Below, in pieces: positions 28,097 through 39,940 of a DNA stretch of 64,000 bases. Under the pieces are notes generated by a model. That model was not told where the DNA came from. It worked only from the letters and a program-made list of their open reading frames with translations, and did not search any database. The stretch is from the NCBI GenBank assembly GCA_029262675.1, contig JAJCYW010000021.1:130146-194145 (forward strand). The letters run 5' to 3'. Origin of the DNA: Chloroflexota bacterium (lineage in GTDB: Bacteria > Chloroflexota > Dehalococcoidia > DSTF01 > RBG-16-68-14). Position 1 is the first letter of the stretch. Every line of letters starts with the position of its first letter. Both the position numbers and the translations under genes were made by a program.

Positions 28097-28426
28097 ATGC
28101 GCGAACTGGCCCAGCTTCTCAAGGGAAACACAGACGTCCTCATCCTCTCGCTGCTCGAGTCGGAGCCGATGTACGGCTACCAAGTCATCAAAGAGTTGGA
28201 GCAGCGGAGCGACGGGTTCTTTCAGCTCGGCGAGGGTACGCTCTACCCTGCCCTCCACAGGCTGGAGCGCGCGAAGCTTGTACGGGGGCGTTGGCGGAAG
28301 CTGGACGGCGGTCAGGAGCGCCGCTACTACTCGCTGACGCAGGAGGGCGAGAACCGGTTGCAGGAACAGACGAACGCCTGGGCGCGCTTCGCTTCAGCCG
28401 TGAACCTGATTATCAAGCCTGCATAG
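28097..28426 (+). CDS. PadR family regulator
   Basis: MYGYQVIKEL, GTLYPALHRLE, RRYYSLT. Confidence 0.93.
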   Translation: MRELAQLLKGNTDVLILSLLESEPMYGYQVIKELEQRSDGFFQLGEGTLYPALHRLERAKLVRGRWRKLDGGQERRYYSLTQEGENRLQEQTNAWARFASAVNLIIKPA

Positions 28427-28442
28427 CGGCGGATGTTGCCCC

Positions 28443-29405
28443 GTGGCCGCTGACCTCAAGAGCTACATCCAACGTTTGCGCGCGCGCCTCGACCTCGACG
28501 CGGCCGTGGCGGACGACATCGTCCGCGAGATGGAGACGCACATCGAAGACCGGCTGGCGGAACTGCAGCGCGGCGGCATCGACAGCGACCATGCGCAGCG
28601 CTCGCTCAGCGAACGCCTGGGCAGGCCGACGGCGCTGGCACGAGAGTTCCAGCAGGCCTACGCCTCCGCCACGTGGAACGATGCGCTGACAGCGGCAGCG
28701 GCGTTTCTCTTCGTCGCCGCGCTCTATGCGACGCACCTCTGGAACCATCCCGCCGCCGTCTCCGGCGTCGCCGTCGTCGTCGTCGCCGCTACGCTCTACG
28801 GCCTGTGGCGAAGGCGGCCGCCGTGGTTCTACGCCTGGGCGGGGCTGGCGTTCACTCTGCTCTCATTTTGCGGCTACTTTGCGTTTGCACTGCTGCAACG
28901 CGCCTCGCAACCGATTGCCGACGGACAATTCGAGCCGCTGGCGATGCTGGGCGTCGGCGGAACACTGCTCTACGTGCCTCTGGCGCTCATCATCGCCGCG
29001 TCCTGCGTCCGCGCCGGCAGCCGCCGCGACTGGCTGGATGCATCCGTAATGCTCTCGCCTTCGGCGCCTGTGATCGTCTGGCTGGCCGCGCTCCACGAAC
29101 ACGGCGGCATCTTCGACGGCGCTGCGGAGATGGCGGTAGCCGACATGGCGCTTGCCTCGACGTTTATGCTGATGGCGGCGGCGGCGGGCCTGTTCGTCCG
29201 CCTGCGCAGCCGCCCCCAGAAGCTGGCCACGCTGATCGGCGCGGCGACGGTCACGCTGGCGACGATCACGGCGGTCTACGATCCCGGTGTTTCCCTGAAC
29301 GCGCTGACGGCGCGTACCGTGCTGCTATTCGGGTTCCTGCTGAGCCCGGCGCTGCTGGACGCGCTACCACTGCGTCCGTTCGGACCGACCGCACACCAGG
29401 ACTAA
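28443..29405 (+). CDS. PadR-associated membrane protein (permease-prefix/HAAS-like N-domain)
   Basis: EMETHIED...LGRPTALAREF followed by multiple TMs. Confidence 0.75.
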   Translation: MAADLKSYIQRLRARLDLDAAVADDIVREMETHIEDRLAELQRGGIDSDHAQRSLSERLGRPTALAREFQQAYASATWNDALTAAAAFLFVAALYATHLWNHPAAVSGVAVVVVAATLYGLWRRRPPWFYAWAGLAFTLLSFCGYFAFALLQRASQPIADGQFEPLAMLGVGGTLLYVPLALIIAASCVRAGSRRDWLDASVMLSPSAPVIVWLAALHEHGGIFDGAAEMAVADMALASTFMLMAAAAGLFVRLRSRPQKLATLIGAATVTLATITAVYDPGVSLNALTARTVLLFGFLLSPALLDALPLRPFGPTAHQD

Positions 29406-29537
29406 CTACCGAGCACGTCTCAGTCCTGACGACCACGTTCCCCGCAGTTCGTCTTGCCTTCCACGCTGGCTGGCACGCGGCGGCGGAGCGGTCAGCGGAG
29501 CAGCCAACGACGAGTGGTATAGTGCGTTCGTCGTACC

Positions 29538-30833
29538 ATGGCGCTCTTCTCCACGATCCGCACCCGAATCATCGACCCCCTGCGGGACAACGCGGCGCTG
29601 CTGATGGTCTGCGTCGCCACAGGCGTGATCATGCTCGGCCAGGGCGTGATCGCCCCGGTGCTGCCCCTCTACGCCAAGGACTTCGACGTCAGCACGACAA
29701 TGGTCGGTGCATCGATCAGCGTGTTCGGGCTAGCCCGCATCCTCTTCAACCTGCCCGCCGGTATGCTCTCCGACCGGCTGGGCCGTCGCCTCTTGCTGGT
29801 GGGCGGCCCGCTGATCACGGCTGCCGGCTCGTTCCTCTCAGCAGCAGCGGGCGATATCTGGTCGCTCCTCGCCTTTCGCTTCATCGCCGGCGCCGGATCG
29901 GCGCTCTTCATGACGGCCGGCATCACGCTTGTCACCGACATCTCAACGCCGGAGAACCGTGGCCGGATGCTCAGTCTGCATTTGGGCAGTCTCTTAATTG
30001 GAGTGAGCATCGGGCCCGCAGTCGGCGGTCTGACGGCCGAACTCGTCGGGCTGCGGGCGCCCTTCGTCCTCGTCGGTGCGCTATCGGCGGCCTGCGGGCT
30101 GTGGGCGCTGCGCGTCATGCCGGAAACGCACCATCGCGAGGCGCGTGATACCGCAGCCGAATCGGCGCGAGCGCACACCGAAGGCGGCGGCGTGCGGCCC
30201 GGGCTCCCGCCGCCGGTGTGCATGCGATCGCTGATTGGCAACGTTCCCCTGCTGCTCGTCAGCATGGTGACGTTCAGTATCTTCTTCACGCGAACAGGCG
30301 CGCGCCAGACCGTGCTGCCGCTTCAAGGCAACGAAGAGTTTGGAATCGGTGCGGGCGCCCTCGGCGCGATCTTCGCGATGATGGCCCTAATCAACTTGGC
30401 GGCGATCATACCGGCCGGTGCCTGGGCCGATCGCTTTGGCCGCAAGCGCGTGATCGTTCCCAGCGCGCTGCTGGCGGCAGGGGCGCTCGTGCTCTTCGCC
30501 GTGACGGACAACATCGGCCTGTTTCTCGTCGCGGCGGTGCTCCTGGCGTTCGGCACCGGCATCAGCGGACCCGCGCCGGCGGCCTACGCAGCGGACGTGA
30601 TACCAGACGAGTCGCGCGGACTGGGGATGGGGCTCTTCCGCACCTACAGCGACATCGGCTTCGTCGTCGGGCCGCTGCTGCTCGGCTGGATTGCCGACGC
30701 CAGCGGCGACTTCGCCTGGTCGCTCGCGTTCAACGCGGCGCTGATGGCGACAGCGGCACTGGCGTTTGGATTCTTCGCTCGCGAGACGGTTTCGTTTGCC
30801 AGCGGCGAAGAAGCGGCGGCCGAACCGCTGTAG
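29538..30833 (+). CDS. MFS transporter
   Basis: GMLSDRLGRR and GAWADRFGRK motif A copies; about 12 TMs. Confidence 0.92.
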   Translation: MALFSTIRTRIIDPLRDNAALLMVCVATGVIMLGQGVIAPVLPLYAKDFDVSTTMVGASISVFGLARILFNLPAGMLSDRLGRRLLLVGGPLITAAGSFLSAAAGDIWSLLAFRFIAGAGSALFMTAGITLVTDISTPENRGRMLSLHLGSLLIGVSIGPAVGGLTAELVGLRAPFVLVGALSAACGLWALRVMPETHHREARDTAAESARAHTEGGGVRPGLPPPVCMRSLIGNVPLLLVSMVTFSIFFTRTGARQTVLPLQGNEEFGIGAGALGAIFAMMALINLAAIIPAGAWADRFGRKRVIVPSALLAAGALVLFAVTDNIGLFLVAAVLLAFGTGISGPAPAAYAADVIPDESRGLGMGLFRTYSDIGFVVGPLLLGWIADASGDFAWSLAFNAALMATAALAFGFFARETVSFASGEEAAAEPL

Positions 30834-30871
30834 CCGCCCAGTCAGATGTTCTGAAGGGAGAAAGAGAAGCA

Positions 30872-30989
30872 CCCCGGCGACGGCCTATTTTCCCCGAGGG
30901 TTGCCCCTCCAGTATCGTTAGCGCTGAGACGTTTCACTTCCGTGTTCGGGATGGGAACGGGTGGTTCCGCCTCGCTCTAGTCACCGAGG
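30872..30989 (-). rRNA. rrf: 5S rRNA (stand-alone)
   Basis: Reverse complement CCTCGGTGACTAGAGCG...CCACCCGTTCCCATCCCGAACACGGAAGTGAA...AATAGGCCGTCGCCGGGG; terminal helix pairs. Confidence 0.95.
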
Positions 30990-31002
30990 TACTATCGCGT
31001 GA

Positions 31003-31031
31003 AAGGTAGCAGACGCGGCGGCGACGGACAA
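31003..31031 (-). promoter_or_regulatory. Putative sigma70 promoter of the 5S gene
   Basis: TTGTCC-17nt-TACCTT with extended TG. Confidence 0.5.
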
Positions 31032-31048
31032 GGCGGCCCGCTAGATAG

Positions 31049-32878
31049 CTAGCCGGCCTGCCAGACGACTGCGCATTCCGCGGGCAGCTGGATACGCCCG
31101 GGTGGCTGTATCGCGAGAGCGGCCAAATCGGAACCAGGCCCGGCGAAGCGTTCCTCGGCCGTAGCGAGCAACGGTGTCCAGGCGCGCTGCGCGATCTCGG
31201 CCGGCCAGTCGCCCGCCGCGAGGTCAACCTCAGCGGCCGCGCCGAAGTTCGCGGCGAGGAGCCTCTGCCCGTCGCCCTCGCCTCGCACCATCGCAACCAC
31301 ATCCCGCCCGAGCGCGATGGCTTGCAGCCGCTCGCGCGTCCTGCTGGCGAACGCGGGCTCCTCGCGGCGGATGCGCAGCAACTCCTGATACAGCAGCCGC
31401 ACGCCGCTTCCAGGCGCTTCCCGTTCTTCTCCGACGACGAGCTTCGAACGCTCGAACGTCGTCTCTGACTGCGGGTCGGGCATCTCGACGGCGTCTGGCC
31501 AGAGCCAGTCGAACTCTCTGCGCCGGCCCTCCACGACCTGGTCGGCCAGCTCCGGCTTGTGGTCCGTGAAGAAGAGAAACGGCGACGACGCCGCGAACTC
31601 GTCGCCCATGAAGATCAGCGGTGTGTAGGGCGACAGCAACAGCAGCGCGACCGCTGCCTTGTACCGTTCTAGGCCGGCGAGCTGATGCAGGCGCTCGCCA
31701 TGGAGGCGATTGCCGACTTGGTCGTGATTCTGAAGACAGTGGACGAAAGCGGAAGGCGGGATCGTCAGCGCGTCATCATACTGAAAGAGCGTGCCGCTGC
31801 GCAGCACGGCCGCAACCTCCTCGGCAGTGCCTCTATACACCTCGAAATACCCCTCGCGTTCGCCCGTAAGCAGGACGTGGACGGCATGATGAAAATCGTC
31901 GAGCCAGAGCGCGTCCAGCCCGTAGCCGCCCGCCTCACCAGCCGCCCTCACCGTCCGCAGGTCGCTGAGATCGTGTTCGGCGATTAGGAGTGGGCGGCGC
32001 CCGGGAAGCGCACGCTCGCGCACGGTTTCGGCCAGCTCGGCGAGGATGTGCGGATTGCCGTCGTCATGGAGCTCCTGGGTGGCGTCCAGGCGAAAGCCAT
32101 CGATGTGGTACTCCCGCAGCCACATCACGGCGTTGTCCAGCACGAAGTCGCGGACGCCGCGGCTGTTCGCGCCGTCGAAGTTGACGGCGTCACCCCACGG
32201 CGTCTGGTGGCGGTCGGTGAAGTAGTCGGGGGAGTACCGAGGCAGGTAGTTGCCGTCCGAGCCCACGTGGTTGTAGACGACGTCCAGGATCACGCCGAGG
32301 CCGTGGGTGTGTGCGGCATCGACGAGGCGCCGTAAGCCTTCTGAACCGCCGTAGGCGCCGCTGGGCGCGAAGAGCGACGCGCCGTCGTAGCCCCAGTTGC
32401 GTTGGCCGGGAAACTCAGCGACGGGCATCAGCTCGAGCGCGGTGATGCCCAACTCCCGTAGGTCGCCTAGGCGATCGACTAGGGCGTCGAACGTCCCCGT
32501 CTCCGTGTACGTACCAACGTGGCACTCGTAGATCACAAGCGTGTTCGGGTCCAGGCCGCTCCAGGCATCGTCCGTCCAGGCGAAGGCGGCGGGATCGATC
32601 ACTTGCGAAGGGCCGTGTACGCCCTCCGGCTGGCTGCGCGAGTACGGATCGGGATAGCCCCAGTCGTTGTTCAACCGGTAGCGGTAGAACATGCCGGCCA
32701 CGCCAGCCATCTCCGCGCTCCAGACATCGCCGTCCATTCGCTCCATCGCGAGACGTTCGACGTTTTCTTCTCGCGGGTAGACTTCGACTTCCACGCTGGT
32801 GGCCGCGGGCGCCCAGACGCGGAACTGGACGCGGCCGCCGGCGATTACCGACGCGCCGAGCGGGAGCTGGTCTGTCAT
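31049..32878 (-). CDS. treZ: Malto-oligosyltrehalose trehalohydrolase (GH13)
   Basis: FRVWAP, PDPYSRSQPEGVHGPS, NWGYDG, DVVYNH, DGFRLDAT, QNHDQVGNR. Confidence 0.93.
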   Translation of the reverse strand: MTDQLPLGASVIAGGRVQFRVWAPAATSVEVEVYPREENVERLAMERMDGDVWSAEMAGVAGMFYRYRLNNDWGYPDPYSRSQPEGVHGPSQVIDPAAFAWTDDAWSGLDPNTLVIYECHVGTYTETGTFDALVDRLGDLRELGITALELMPVAEFPGQRNWGYDGASLFAPSGAYGGSEGLRRLVDAAHTHGLGVILDVVYNHVGSDGNYLPRYSPDYFTDRHQTPWGDAVNFDGANSRGVRDFVLDNAVMWLREYHIDGFRLDATQELHDDGNPHILAELAETVRERALPGRRPLLIAEHDLSDLRTVRAAGEAGGYGLDALWLDDFHHAVHVLLTGEREGYFEVYRGTAEEVAAVLRSGTLFQYDDALTIPPSAFVHCLQNHDQVGNRLHGERLHQLAGLERYKAAVALLLLSPYTPLIFMGDEFAASSPFLFFTDHKPELADQVVEGRRREFDWLWPDAVEMPDPQSETTFERSKLVVGEEREAPGSGVRLLYQELLRIRREEPAFASRTRERLQAIALGRDVVAMVRGEGDGQRLLAANFGAAAEVDLAAGDWPAEIAQRAWTPLLATAEERFAGPGSDLAALAIQPPGRIQLPAECAVVWQAG

Positions 32879-33019
32879 TGCGGCCTAGTGTAACGCACGA
32901 CCGCTGCGCCGGCGCGATGCGGCTACGATCGTCGCGTGAGCACCATGAACGCGCGCGGTGCGGCGACGGCGGATTATGGGCTGCTTGCCGATCACAGCCA
33001 CACCGGCAGGGCCGGACGT

Positions 33020-33364
33020 CTACTGCGGGGTATCGACAGGCTCTCCGGCTTTGATCCAGGCCTCGGTGCCGCCTTCCAGGTTGTACAGCACATCCGGTTG
33101 GAGTCCGGCCGCGGCCGCCATCTCGCAACCGAGCGCGCTGCGCTGGCCGAAAGCGCAGACGAAGATGATCTTGCCGTCCTTGGGCAATTCCTCGCGGCGG
33201 TCGAAGACGTTGCCTACGGGGATAATCGCAGCGCCCGGCACGTGACCGGTGGCGTACTCGTGCGGTTCGCGGACGTCGATCACGCGCGCGCCATTGCTCA
33301 GCATCTGCTTCGCCTCTTCGACGGTGATGCGATGGAACGGTTCCTGTGGGTTCTTGGTCGGCAT
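33020..33364 (-). CDS. Rhodanese-like domain protein
   Basis: IDVREPHEY, GHVPGA, CAFGQRS, LEGGTEAW. Confidence 0.9.
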   Translation of the reverse strand: MPTKNPQEPFHRITVEEAKQMLSNGARVIDVREPHEYATGHVPGAAIIPVGNVFDRREELPKDGKIIFVCAFGQRSALGCEMAAAAGLQPDVLYNLEGGTEAWIKAGEPVDTPQ

Positions 33365-33529
33365 CGAGTTACCTTTCGCCTCAATTGAGTGTGTATATAA
33401 CAAGCCTACCAGATGACGTAAATGACCCGCTACGCGCCCGTTCCCGCGCGATTGACGGCTTCCCTTCAGCTAGGCTAAGCTCCCTAACGCGAACCTCCCT
33501 ACGCGAAGGACCCGGCCGAGGAGCCTGCC

Positions 33530-35267
<1,738 letters not shown>

Positions 35268-35275
<8 letters not shown>

Positions 35276-35741
35276 GAGGCGCAAGGTGGCGGACACTAAC
35301 AAATCACGAGCCGACATCCTCGTGCTACAAAACACGTGGAAAGCGCTACTACAGAATGGAAAGTACGCGGACGCAATTGATACTGCAATCGAGATTACTC
35401 ACATCGCGAGTGCAACAGATACGACCAATTTCGTGAGAGCCTATCGCCCCTTAGTCATGACGCTTGTGTCCATGGCCGAGCACCTACCCGATCGATCAGT
35501 CCAAGCATTGGCGGCGGCCGAGGAGTGCTGCGTTCAAATGCTAGATGCTTTGCCCGGCGACCCCTGGGCCCAGGACCACTTGCGAGAAATCAGAAGGAAA
35601 ACGCATAAGGAGAAAGTCTACGAGAACCGATGCTGGAAGTGCCAGCAGACCATCACATCTCTCCTGTCCCCACGCTGCCCCAAATGCCGATTCTTCCAGT
35701 GCCTGGACTGCGCTGCCTGTTTGTGCGGATTTGCTCGATAG
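35268..35741 (+). CDS. Hypothetical protein with Cys-rich C-terminal zinc-binding domain
   Basis: CWKC-CPKC-CLDC-CLC; visibly lower GC than the flanks. Confidence 0.6.
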
Positions 35742-35788
35742 ACACTTGAATAACGAATCTTCGACTGATCGATAGAAGGGTCAGAGAG

Positions 35789-36964
35789 TTGACGACCTCG
35801 CCACGCAAGACCTCTCGCCGCTCGTTCCTGCGCGGAGCGGCCCTCACCAGCGCTGGCCTCGCCGGCGCATATGCGCTCGGCTGCAGCAGCGGCGACAATG
35901 ATGCGGGCCCCGGCGACGGCGGCACTCCCGCCGACGGCCCGCTACCTACTGTCACGCCCATACCTGAAGCGCCTTCGCTGCGCTGGCAGGAGCTGTCGCC
36001 GCCGGGCGCGCTGCCGCCGCCGCGCCGCGACCATTCGCTCGTGCTGTCGCCGGCGGACGGGCTGCTCTACGTCTACGGCGGTCATGACAGTGACGGCGAG
36101 CTGGGCGACCTCTGGCAGTTCGATGTCGGCGCAGAGGAGTGGACGGAGCTATCGCCAGAGGGCCCGGCGGCGCGTTTCGGCCACAACGCCTTCTTCGACG
36201 AGCCGACAGGTCGCATGTACGTCTTCGGCGGCCAAGCCGGCAGCGACTTCTTCAACGACCTTTGGAGCTACGACCCGGCCGCCGAAAGCTGGACCGAACT
36301 CTCGCCGGAAGGCCCGCTGCCGGAAGCCCGCTACGGCGCGGCTGGCGCGCGGCGACCCAGCCCCGCGAATCTGTCCACGTCCGAAACGCCGGGGCCGGAG
36401 TCTGCCGTGGCCGACCCGCTCCCCGGCCAGATCCTGGTCTCGCACGGCTTCACGCACAGCGGCCGCTTCGCCGACACGTGGCAGTTCGACATCGAGAGTG
36501 GCGTCTGGAGCGAGGTGACGCCGGAAGACGAGCCGCCTGAGGCCCGCTGCCTGCTGCGCGGCGTCTGGGACACCGTGCGCAGGCGGATGGTGATCTACGG
36601 CGGCCAGGCCGTGAGCTCCCCGTTCCTCGACGACCTCTGGACGCTGTCGGACAAAGGTTGGACTCCGCTGACGCGCGTGCCAAACGGCGGCCCGCGCAAC
36701 CTCTATGCCATGGCCTTCGCCCATCAGCGGCTGCAACTCCTCATTTTCGGCGGCAATACGCCGGCGGGCCCGGCGAACGATGTCTGGCAGTTCGATGCCG
36801 TCGACGAGTTTTGGCGGCAAGATCAGATCGTCAACGAACCGCCGTCGCCGCGCTTCTCGCACGACGGCGTCTGGATCGAAGAATCGGAAATGTTCCTGTT
36901 CTTCGGCGGCTTCGATGGCGCCGCCGACCTAAACGACCTCTGGACGCTGGCGGCGACCTCCTAG
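35789..36964 (+). CDS. Tat-exported lipoprotein, Kelch-repeat beta-propeller
   Basis: SRRSFL Tat motif, ALGC lipobox, repeated (F/Y)GG...DLW units. Confidence 0.82.
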   Translation: MTTSPRKTSRRSFLRGAALTSAGLAGAYALGCSSGDNDAGPGDGGTPADGPLPTVTPIPEAPSLRWQELSPPGALPPPRRDHSLVLSPADGLLYVYGGHDSDGELGDLWQFDVGAEEWTELSPEGPAARFGHNAFFDEPTGRMYVFGGQAGSDFFNDLWSYDPAAESWTELSPEGPLPEARYGAAGARRPSPANLSTSETPGPESAVADPLPGQILVSHGFTHSGRFADTWQFDIESGVWSEVTPEDEPPEARCLLRGVWDTVRRRMVIYGGQAVSSPFLDDLWTLSDKGWTPLTRVPNGGPRNLYAMAFAHQRLQLLIFGGNTPAGPANDVWQFDAVDEFWRQDQIVNEPPSPRFSHDGVWIEESEMFLFFGGFDGAADLNDLWTLAATS

Positions 36965-37110
36965 ACCCGATTCGACCCGTGTCGCGGCGCTCTGCGACCA
37001 CAGCAGTGTGGTATTCTATGTGGGGCCAGTAACGCCCACACCAACCACCCTCGACACCAGCAACGCCAGCCACGACAAGGCCTGCGAGAGGAAGAGAAGG
37101 AGACGCCCGC

Positions 37111-38472
37111 ATGATAACCGCCACGTCGATCAACGCCGAGCGTGTCTACTACAACTTCGACGGCAAGCTGCCCCCGATTCCGATGGAAGACGAGCCGGTG
37201 CTGCCACCCGCGACGGACGACGGGCCGAGGCTGATCACCGACACTACCCTCCGCGACGGCGCGCAGGACAGCCGCGTCGCGCTGTTCCCGCACGAAACGC
37301 GCATACGCTACTACGACCTGCTGCACCGGCTGGACAACGGCACCGGCACGATCTACGCCGTCGAGGCCTTCATCTACCAGAAGCGCGACGCCTGGACGAT
37401 TGAACAGCTCCTGGATCGCGGATACGAGTGGCCGAAGGTCACGACGTGGACGCGGGCGACGCCTAAAGATATCAAGCTGCTGGTGGACCTGTCGCAGGGG
37501 CGGATCAAGGAGACCGGCATGCTGGCCTCCGCGTCCGACCACCACATCTTCGATAAGCTCGGCTTCCGCAGCAAGGAAGAGGCGATCGAGAAGTACCTGC
37601 AGCCTGTCGAGACGGCGCTGGAGAACGACATCGTTCCCCGCATCCACCTGGAGGACTGCACCCGCGCCGACATCTTCGGCTGGGTGATTCCCTTCATGCA
37701 GCGGGCGCTGGAGCTAAGCGAAGGCATCGCCAAGTTCCGCATCTGCGACACCATTGGCTGGGGCGTACCCGACCCATTCGCCGCGCTGCCGTGGGGCATC
37801 CCGCGGCTCTTCTCGACGATCAAGGCGGAGACGGGCGCGGAGCTGGAGTTCCACGGGCACAACGACTTCGGCCTGGCGACCGCCAACTCGATCGCAGCGT
37901 GGCGCTACGGCGGTACCAAGGTCAACGTCGCGTTTGGCGGCCTCGGCGAGCGCACGGGCAACTGCGCGCTGGAGCAAATGGTCGCCGCCAAGATTCGCCT
38001 CGACGGCGACCCCGGCTTCGACCTGACGGCGCTGGAGGAGATGAAGACGCTGATCCACGGCGAGGTCACTCCCCTGCCCGACCGCGCGCCAATTATCGGC
38101 GAAGTCTTTACAACGTCGGCCGGCATCCACCAGGCCGGCGTCGCGGCGCAGGCCGACGCGCCCGGCGGACTGATCTACCTGCCGTTCGAGGCCTCGCTCT
38201 TCGGCCGCGACACGGTCGAGCTGAGCCGCCTCGGTTCGCTCTCCGGTGCGGAAGGCATCGTCTCGCTCCTTAACAGGTCGATGCAGGACCGCGGCAGCGA
38301 GCAGCGTTTCTCCGCCACCAGCCGCGTGGTCAAGAAGATCTACGACCGCATCCAGGAAGAGTACGACGGCGCGCTGGACGAATCGGCCAACACCTACTCA
38401 GACTACCGCCGCGACTTCTACACCTCGGACGAGGTCGTCGCCATGGCGGAGGGCTTCGGGGCAATAGAGTAG
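37111..38472 (+). CDS. DRE-TIM metallolyase, Re-citrate synthase-like
   Basis: TDTTLRDGAQ, HLEDCTRAD, CDTIG, HGHNDFG, GERTGN; no LeuA regulatory domain. Confidence 0.7.
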   Translation: MITATSINAERVYYNFDGKLPPIPMEDEPVLPPATDDGPRLITDTTLRDGAQDSRVALFPHETRIRYYDLLHRLDNGTGTIYAVEAFIYQKRDAWTIEQLLDRGYEWPKVTTWTRATPKDIKLLVDLSQGRIKETGMLASASDHHIFDKLGFRSKEEAIEKYLQPVETALENDIVPRIHLEDCTRADIFGWVIPFMQRALELSEGIAKFRICDTIGWGVPDPFAALPWGIPRLFSTIKAETGAELEFHGHNDFGLATANSIAAWRYGGTKVNVAFGGLGERTGNCALEQMVAAKIRLDGDPGFDLTALEEMKTLIHGEVTPLPDRAPIIGEVFTTSAGIHQAGVAAQADAPGGLIYLPFEASLFGRDTVELSRLGSLSGAEGIVSLLNRSMQDRGSEQRFSATSRVVKKIYDRIQEEYDGALDESANTYSDYRRDFYTSDEVVAMAEGFGAIE

Positions 38473-38581
38473 GCGGGCCGCTGGCGCGGCCCGGGTGAGA
38501 AGCGCAGCGGTCTGCTGCGCCTCTTGTATACTGCGCGAGTCCGCTGGAGTCGACCATCGGATAATCGAAAGGGTAGGAACT

Positions 38582-39628
38582 ATAGCGACTGCACTAAGAG
38601 CCTGGCGAATCAATGATGAGGCCGGCCTAGAGGAGATCCCCGAGGCACCCCCTCAGGAATCAGGACTGCTAGAGCAACAACTGGAGGACTGGCTTGTCTC
38701 CAATCCTGACGTCATTCAGGACGATTTGTTGGTGATTGGCCGCCAAGTTCGGACACCATCTGGCCCGTTGGACATTCTGTGTGTTGACGCCGACGGGAAG
38801 GCGGTTGTCGTAGAGCTGAAGCGCGACTTGACGCCTCGGCAGACGGTTGCTCAGGCAATCGACTATGCTTCTTGGATCGCTATGCAGTCTCCGGAGAGCA
38901 TCGAAGTTCTAGCCAACGAATATTTGAAACGCCCGCTGGATGCGACATTCCGAGAGAGATTCGGTACCGAACTTTCAGAGCTCCAAATTACTCAACCTAC
39001 GATCCTAGTCGTGGCCGCGCGCCTTGATTCCGCAACGGAACGCATGATTGAGTTTCTCTCAGATCAGTATGGTGTGGACATCAACGGGTTGACGTTCAGA
39101 TTCATCAAGCTTCCAAGTACAAGTAGTGATAAGGAGCTTCTTGTTAGAGCATCGGTCCTGTCTGAAGACCGAGACACACCACGTCGGACAGACAAGAGGA
39201 TGAATCCCGATCAGCTAATCACAATGGCCCAAGAGAGAAACGTCCTTCCGCTGGTAGCTAGGCTGCGCGAACTCGCTAACGTACTGCAAGAGCAGCCGCG
39301 TAAGACGTACGGTGGTTCATTCCGGTATTTTCAGAATGGACGCATGGTATGCGGCGTTAACGTCGCGGGACGCTGGAATGCCCCGCACGGAAGTCTCGAT
39401 GTCTGGTTCGTACGAGCAAACATGGGCCAAGCCGCCGGTATGACGCAAGAGTCGCTGGTTGAGCAGCTCGGGTCACAGTTCGATTTCGTGCCGGAATTCA
39501 ACTCAGTGTATCAGGCCGCGATAAGATTGAATTCAGAACCTGAAGCGGATTCATGCGTTTCTCTGATTCGCCGGTGGCTCGAAGTCGGGGCCCAATTACC
39601 GCCGGAGGGCGACGGCGACGGCGCATAG
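38582..39628 (+). CDS. NucS/DUF91-like PD-(D/E)xK endonuclease domain protein
   Basis: EQQLEDWL, IGRQV, LDILCVD, VELKR, QAIDYA; lower GC. Start uncertain (ATA 38582 after GGTAGGA, or GTG 38495). Confidence 0.75.
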   Translation: MATALRAWRINDEAGLEEIPEAPPQESGLLEQQLEDWLVSNPDVIQDDLLVIGRQVRTPSGPLDILCVDADGKAVVVELKRDLTPRQTVAQAIDYASWIAMQSPESIEVLANEYLKRPLDATFRERFGTELSELQITQPTILVVAARLDSATERMIEFLSDQYGVDINGLTFRFIKLPSTSSDKELLVRASVLSEDRDTPRRTDKRMNPDQLITMAQERNVLPLVARLRELANVLQEQPRKTYGGSFRYFQNGRMVCGVNVAGRWNAPHGSLDVWFVRANMGQAAGMTQESLVEQLGSQFDFVPEFNSVYQAAIRLNSEPEADSCVSLIRRWLEVGAQLPPEGDGDGA

Positions 39629-39691
39629 ACAGCCTGTCGTATACTAGTGGCGTTGGCTTAATCCTGAGGAGACACACAAGGAGGTGTGATC

Positions 39692-39913
39692 ATGGCTGAA
39701 ACAGTGAAGGACCTGGTCTGCGATATGGACATCGACCCGGAGACGGCGGCCGGGAAGTCCGAGTACAAGGGCGAGACGTACCACTTCTGCTCCGGGGGCT
39801 GTAAGGTCGACTTCGACGGCGACCCGGAGAAGTACATCGGCGGCCACCGCGACCCGATGCCGGAGGCAGAAGGCGGCGAGCCGGCGAAGCCTTGGTGGCA
39901 GTTCTGGAAGTAA
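39692..39913 (+). CDS. YHS domain protein
   Basis: KDLVCDM, YHFCSGGC, PEKY; RBS AAGGAGG. Confidence 0.88.
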   Translation: MAETVKDLVCDMDIDPETAAGKSEYKGETYHFCSGGCKVDFDGDPEKYIGGHRDPMPEAEGGEPAKPWWQFWK

Positions 39914-39940
39914 CATCGGCCGCACTTGCGGCCGGTGTTA

